Assembly (NCBI RefSeq): GCF_001194135.2
Contig: NC_068982.1
Location: 170,439,860-170,494,718 of the forward strand
Direction: 5' to 3'
Origin: Octopus bimaculoides
Taxonomy: Eukaryota
Length of the DNA: 54,859 nt
Positions 49,246-54,859 of the stretch are shown here, piece by piece. The position numbers were made by a program, and so were the translations under genes. Each line of letters opens with the position of its first letter. Positions within the stretch are counted from its first letter, which is position 1. Under the pieces are notes generated by a model. That model saw only the letters and a list, made by a program, of their open reading frames with translations, ran no database searches and had not been told where the DNA came from.

Positions 49246-50989
49246 CACATAGAAACATGCATACAAAATCCTGTGCGCACGTGTGTGGCTGTATGTGTAT
49301 GTGTGTGTGTGTGTGTGTGTATGTGTGCGCGTGTGTGTGTGTATATGTGTGAGTGTGTGCGTGCGTGTGCAAGTGCGTTTGCATGTGTTTGTGTGTTTTG
49401 TGGTTTCAAGCCCTACCGCATAGTGCACAGCTTCAACTGGCGAGCAATGCAGGTGATAAAGGTGTTAACACAGCATCAATAGGTAAGAGAGATGAGTGAC
49501 ATCCATGGCGATGTCATTGATCAGAAGAGAAATGATTCTCAGTCGGTCTATCTAATTAGAAGAATGTGATTCAGATCAAATTTCGAGATATCGGGTTACA
49601 CCTAAAATACTGCAGTCTTTGTTGACAAAAAGCGTGCCATCCATTTCCTAGAAGGATGAGTAGATCTGTAAGTGTAACACTAGTGACCTGACCGAAACTG
49701 GTTATGGCAGAGAGTACATAAAATTACATTCCTACATTGCAAGCGAAATGGTTAAACCAAACTGAAAACTAAAATAACTATTGCAGGAGATGTATAGGTG
49801 CAACAAGCACAACGTCAGGCTCTGTAATGTTAGGAATCTACAGGAATAAAAACTGAACCTCATACATTCTAATTTAACGGATTGAAAAATAACCATTGAA
49901 ATGGCATAGGTTCTCAGTGAAAATATTCATCACGTCAGCTTAGTAGGATGTTATCTTGTGTCATATAGGTTCATGAGCATACACCGGCAGTGAAAGCATT
50001 CCAACATCAAGGTCCAAGATAAATTACAGCCAGTTATTGTAATTAACAAGAAGAACAATAGTAATTCCACGCCAAAAGCTTATTGGCTGCGTCATCCCAG
50101 ACATTCAATTGGCATCTATGTAACTCATTCCTCTAGCGGGGATTTCTTCGTGATGTACGATGGATATCAACTGATGTAAGAACTAAAGGCAGCTTAGATG
50201 TGTATTGACATTCACTTCGCTGTTCAGAAAGGATGTGGCAATGCTACTGAAGGAATTCTGTTGGTAGGGGTTTTGTAGGATCGTCTCGTCAGTACTACGA
50301 GGAGGACAAGACCATTCTTCTAGAATTTTGGACGTTTTTATTGTGTGATACACGTGCTAATCGTCATTCACCAGTCGAGATATGTTTTCATTCAAAATCT
50401 GACCGAAGGATTCACATCTAAAAATGTTTAACTGACACATACGCACACACATACGTACATACATACATACATACATACAACATGCATACATACATACATA
50501 CATACATACATACATACAACATGCATACATGCATACATACATACATACAACATGCATACATACATACATACATACATACATACAGACCGACAGACAGACA
50601 CACACACATATTCACTCACACACGCATATACATTTATATTTTTATATATTCTTATACACTCATGCAAGCAAACCCATCGCTCATATACGTATAATTACTC
50701 AACTTGCATGAAAGTTATTTTTCCCTGATGAAGTCTCGACCAATAACATATTATAACGATAAAAATATGATATGTATTCAGAACTTGAGAATGCCAGCAA
50801 CAAATGACATAATAACGATATACAAATGAGTGAAATACCAACTTGGAGAGGCGTGCACAAGATGACAGAAGGAATTTCACCGGCTCTTCATGCAATGGTA
50901 CCTAAAAAAAAAAAAGGAGAATACATTAACTATAATTTGCCAGTTGTAACAATATAGTTTTGTCAACTACCTTTGGTAAGCACAATGTT

Positions 50990-52345
50990 TTCCGTGTATG
51001 TTTCTGGGATGTTACCAAAAGTGGAATAAATAAGCATAACATGAGAATATTCACTGAAGTAGACGTAGTTCATAAATTTAATCTTGTGATGTTGAAGTAC
51101 AGTGTGCATGTGAGGAAAATCAGGAAGACAAAAACAGCATGATATGATTCGACTTCATAAGATTTGAAGAATTTGTTATCTCTGACGACACTGAAGTAAA
51201 GTTTTTAACAGAAGAAATTTTCAAAGAAGACCTTCTGATTATCACATATAAATTCGATGTCGCAAATCCAAACTAAGGTTCACAAGCAAGATATTGGATA
51301 TATATAACAAAAGGAGTAAATGGAAGGCTGATAAGTATGTAACAAAGGACCCGAATATTCAAAATTGACGCTAAGAAACTTGAAACGGAAATGAGAGAAT
51401 CAAAGCCGAGTCAGGTAGCAAAGACTATAAAGATATTAAACAGAGACATCAAACAACAAGAACACAAGGAGAGCATTGATCTTCTTAGAGAAAGGATACC
51501 AAGAGCAAATACCATGAAAGCAAACTGGAAAACAAGAAACTTTCTGAAAAGTTAAAAGTAACGGTAACTGGACAGACTACAGTTCAAATTCATACAAAAA
51601 ATTAATTAGATGGAATCTAGACGTACACGACGTACGAAAGACTTACACTGAGCTTCACAAACCGATTATGCGAGAAAAACTTAAGACCACTTTCGGATCA
51701 CTTCCACACGGAATGTCATTAGCATTGACAAAATTCCTGCTGATCTAATGACGTTTGGGTGAGAGTCTCCTTTTGACATGCTTATGACAATTTGCAACAT
51801 TATCTGGCAGAGTGGTGACTTGTCGGCGACATAGACTTAGTCGCTGAAGGTCATACGTTCCAAAGCAATCTCCAACAATACCAGAGCTATTGTGCTATCA
51901 GAAAAATGAGCTATCGAAGAGTCGGCATCAATAGACTGAAATATCAGGAAGAAAAGAACATAGCAAAGAAAATGTTGGTTTTCTTAAAGGTAAAGTACCA
52001 ACAGATCTTGAAACAATACTCTCTACAAGAAATATCTTCAGCATCAACATAAAATGTTACCATATCTTCTTAAGTATCGCGGAAGTGTTTCATATGGTAT
52101 TGCATATGGGGCTCAGGGAAGAAACTGAACATGGAACAAAAATTCACTCATATGATCCAGCAATCTTATGTGAAGCAATCCATTGTACCATGAAACAGGA
52201 GTTTTACACAACCATAGCATTTCAGAAAGGACACCTCTTCTTCCCTGATATCTTCAATGTATTTCTGGAAGGGATCGTAAGCGTTGCTCTTGAAAACTAC
52301 GTGGACACAGTTACATCAGTGGGAAGAGCGTTACGACCCTAAGTT
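50990..52345 (+). mobile_element. Decayed RTE-clade LINE (endonuclease end, linker, RT start)
   Basis: MRIFTEVDVVHKFNLVM (cf. RSFPGADIGSDH.L.M) and IDKIPADLM...MLMTICNIIWQSG (cf. GVDNIPAELV...L..ICNKIW.TG.W). Many stops and frameshifts. A possible more 5' piece (CNVRNL, cf. WNVRTL) lies near 49820. Confidence 0.75.
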
Positions 52346-52874
52346 TTAGTGATTAAATTGAGAGACGGATATAAAAGTGTGCATATTCCCAGTGAAAGTT
52401 GGGAAAATATGCTGCATTATATGATCTTTTGCGTGCAAGAGATACGTAGCATTCGTACCAGATTTTTTTTTAACGAAGAAAAGAACTTCTTTACAACTTT
52501 TGTGATGTGATAATCATTCTTGAAGTCGTTTACTATTCAAGATTACTTTCTATTCAAAACCTGACTAAAGATTCGAATACTGCAGTGTATCCCCTGAAAA
52601 ATTTCACAGCGTGTTATCTAGTGCTTTAACTGAAACATACACAGATACGTACAAAAATGGTATACTATATACATACATACATGCATTCATAAACACACAC
52701 ACGCATACATGTATATATATTTATCCGCATACAAGCAAGTCCACGCCCTAAACACATGGCTATTATTTCTAATTCAGCTGAAGCACTTGATCTCTTCGCA
52801 TGTCTGTTGTGTACATACACACACACATACATGCACACGCATACATGCACACATTGTACGTACATATTTGTATA

Positions 52875-52913
<39 letters not shown>

Positions 52914-52924
52914 ATACATATATA

Positions 52925-54402
52925 CAGAGTGTGAATGGGTAAATTGTCACCATTCTATATTTTTAATTTCGTACATTTGCATTGTAAATTTTTGATTTTG
53001 TCGATAACACAGTATAGTAAGGTCTGTGAGAAAAACAGCACCATGGCGCAATTCATTCTGCCAGAAATTTGGAAACGAAATGCTGTGCTGCTTCGCATTT
53101 GTGCCGGAAGCTCCAATACTAACATATCAGAGTGTTTGCTGTCAATCTGAGAACAATGCAAATGATTCGGAAAGAATTGGATAAGTCTAATGGTGATTAC
53201 GAAGGTACAGCAGCTCGGATAACTTACTCTGATCATTCTGATAAGAAAATAACACCTGAATTTGTTGGTGGGATCGTGGCCATGGTGTCCATCGCCAGAG
53301 ACATGAGAGTGTCAGTGTTTCTTATCAGGCGGGTAGTGCATGAAGGACCCATTTTTATCCTGATCCATCAAGGACAAGAGGAAGAACTCAAGCATCGCCT
53401 CCAACCGAACATGCTTTGATTTTCGTCAGGCGAAAAACTTTTCTACCATGATCAGATGATAAACGTACAGATCAACTGTTGGCTTACTGTGTCCCTAAAA
53501 CATGTACCGAGAGTGATAAAATTCAAACATCCAGTCAATATCATGATGCTTGGAGTGATCACTTGTGACGGCTCCATTAATTATGCCTCCATTAATCTTC
53601 CCACTCGACCTGAGACTCAACACGGAAGCCTACATCAAGTGTCTGGAAGAGGTAATGCTGCCTTGGGTCAAGACGATGGCTGATGGAAGACCCTATATCT
53701 GGCAACAGGACTCTGAATCATGCTACACAGGCAGGAGAACCCTGTCATGGCTATCAAACAATTTCTGCGACCACATCACCCAAAACATCTGGCCACCTAG
53801 CTCCCCAGACTGCAACTTCCTTGATTATTATGTGTAGGGCGCATTTGAGAGAGAGACCAACAAAAATCTTTGTAGCAGACCCTATGCAGAAAGTGTCAGA
53901 CGACTCATCCCCACCCCTTGAACCACTCAAGAGTAGTGGGTGGATGAGACAGATGTGTGTATGTATATATAACTTGAATATAGTTATAAATAATTATAAA
54001 TTGAAAACAATTAAATACGGAATTTGCTGAAAAGAATACGCCAGAACAAATAAAAACATTTCGTTTTTCATACATCAGTACAGTGCAGAGAACACAAGAG
54101 CTGACAAAGATATAGAACATAGAGAGGGACCAACAAAAATCTTTGTAGCAGCAAAGATGAACTGAAGGCAAGGATTATGGCAGCATTTACCAACTTAAAC
54201 AAGGCGACTATCCAGAAGAGTTGTGGGAAATTCGGAAGTCGTCTGGAGGCCGTGGTTGAAGCCAATGGCGATTTTACTGAATAAATTTACTCTTTCCTAT
54301 TTCAAAATATTTTAATGTAGTGTTGGTGAACATCTGTTAAAATGAGATGTTAGTGCTATTTTCATTTTTGCGTAATTTAGTCAATATATTCATCGCAGCC
54401 TG
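52925..54402 (+). mobile_element. Tc1/mariner DD37D (maT-type) DNA transposon, decayed, with an internal insertion
   Basis: Transposase fragments KHPVNIMMLGVITCDG, LRLNTEAYIKCLEEVMLPWV, WQQDS, WPPSSPDCNFLDY (37 residues between the last two Asp) and KDELKARIMAAFTNLNK. Imperfect termini CAGAGTGTGAATG/CATCGCAGCCTG are flanked by TA. Confidence 0.9.
53879..54120 (+). mobile_element. 242-bp insertion in the transposase, flanked by a 24-bp exact (31-bp near-exact) duplication
   Basis: GACCAACAAAAATCTTTGTAGCAG at 53855-53878 and 54128-54151. The first ~88 bp of the insert nearly match 54677-54765. Confidence 0.85.
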
Positions 54403-54439
54403 TATATATATATTGAGAGATATACAAATACATAGCCGC

Positions 54440-54770
54440 CAGTGGTCAATTGAGGAACACACCCGTTGATTCAAGCAATGCAACAGTGATGGTAGAAATG
54501 TGTTGATTGTAAGTGGGACTATGTAGAAAAACAAACCTCATTTGGTCACATACCCTGAGAGTTTTTGTCAGCCTATGAAATTTCACCGGACTCTCGTAGG
54601 TATAAACCCACAACACGATGAGTGGACAATAAAAAGAGCAATAGTTGGTCGCGCTAGTTTTGGCTACTACTGACAGGACCCTATGCCAAAAGTGTCAGAC
54701 GACTCATCCCCACCCCTTGAACCGCTGAAGAGTAGTGGGTGGATGAGACAGATGTGTGTATGCATATGTA
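54440..54770 (+). mobile_element. Possible 3' end of an RLE-type LINE (source family of the 88-bp repeat)
   Basis: Weak translation VLIVSGTM...IKRAIVGRASFGYY*, then a hairpin-forming 88-bp segment and a (TA/TATG) tail. The 88-bp repeat is certain; the LINE assignment is weak. Confidence 0.3.
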
Positions 54771-54797
54771 TATACATACATATATACATAAATGTGA

Positions 54798-54847
<50 letters not shown>

Positions 54848-54859
54848 ATATATATATAT

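Larger units (their letters stand above)
1470..54859. repeat. Dispersed microsatellite arrays (CA, TA, GA/CT, TATG, TATC, CATC, AAT, ACC), many abutting N gaps
   Basis: Directly visible, e.g. 1470-1502, 2610-2668, 4583-4645, 12187-12348, 14183-14250, 16564-16622, 24796-24928, 43742-43915 and 50455-50582. Confidence 0.97.

Noticed and set aside
50725-50760. CTGATGA as a hammerhead core
   Set aside because: No downstream GAAAC or cleavage triplet with matching stems.
54677-54750. CTGAAGA within the 88-bp hairpin repeat as a type II/III hammerhead
   Set aside because: No correctly placed GAAAC or stem III, and the other copy reads CTCAAGA.
1285-54859. Numerous ORFs rich in IHTY/MYVC/HT/YI/LS repeats or X runs
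   Set aside because: They are translations of microsatellites and N gaps, not genes.

Overview
AT-rich animal genomic DNA, very probably octopus. This is inferred from the abundance of (CA)n/(TA)n/(TATG)n/(TATC)n microsatellites and from several tRNA-derived SINE families of the octopus type; it was not database-verified. Many N gaps abut microsatellites, as in a short-read scaffold. No host protein-coding gene could be identified; only isolated exon-like segments were seen, and nearly all listed ORFs are microsatellite or gap artefacts. The window is intronic or intergenic and filled with mobile-element debris: SINEs (some with clear TSDs), RTE and R4/Dong-type LINE remnants, two kinds of Penelope-like element (PLE) fragments and a decayed DD37D (maT) mariner. 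The most notable signal is a set of type I hammerhead ribozyme (HHR) motifs. One is core-intact at 94-222 (minus strand) with an unusually long (~100 nt) rod-like stem II. Two long palindromic PLE-end elements (10.1-10.9 kb and 48.6-49.0 kb) each carry two outward-facing HHR motifs. A degenerate minimal HHR lies at 31.2 kb and a possible truncated long-stem-II HHR at 3.4 kb. A separate 120-bp-arm foldback insertion sits at 9.4-9.7 kb.
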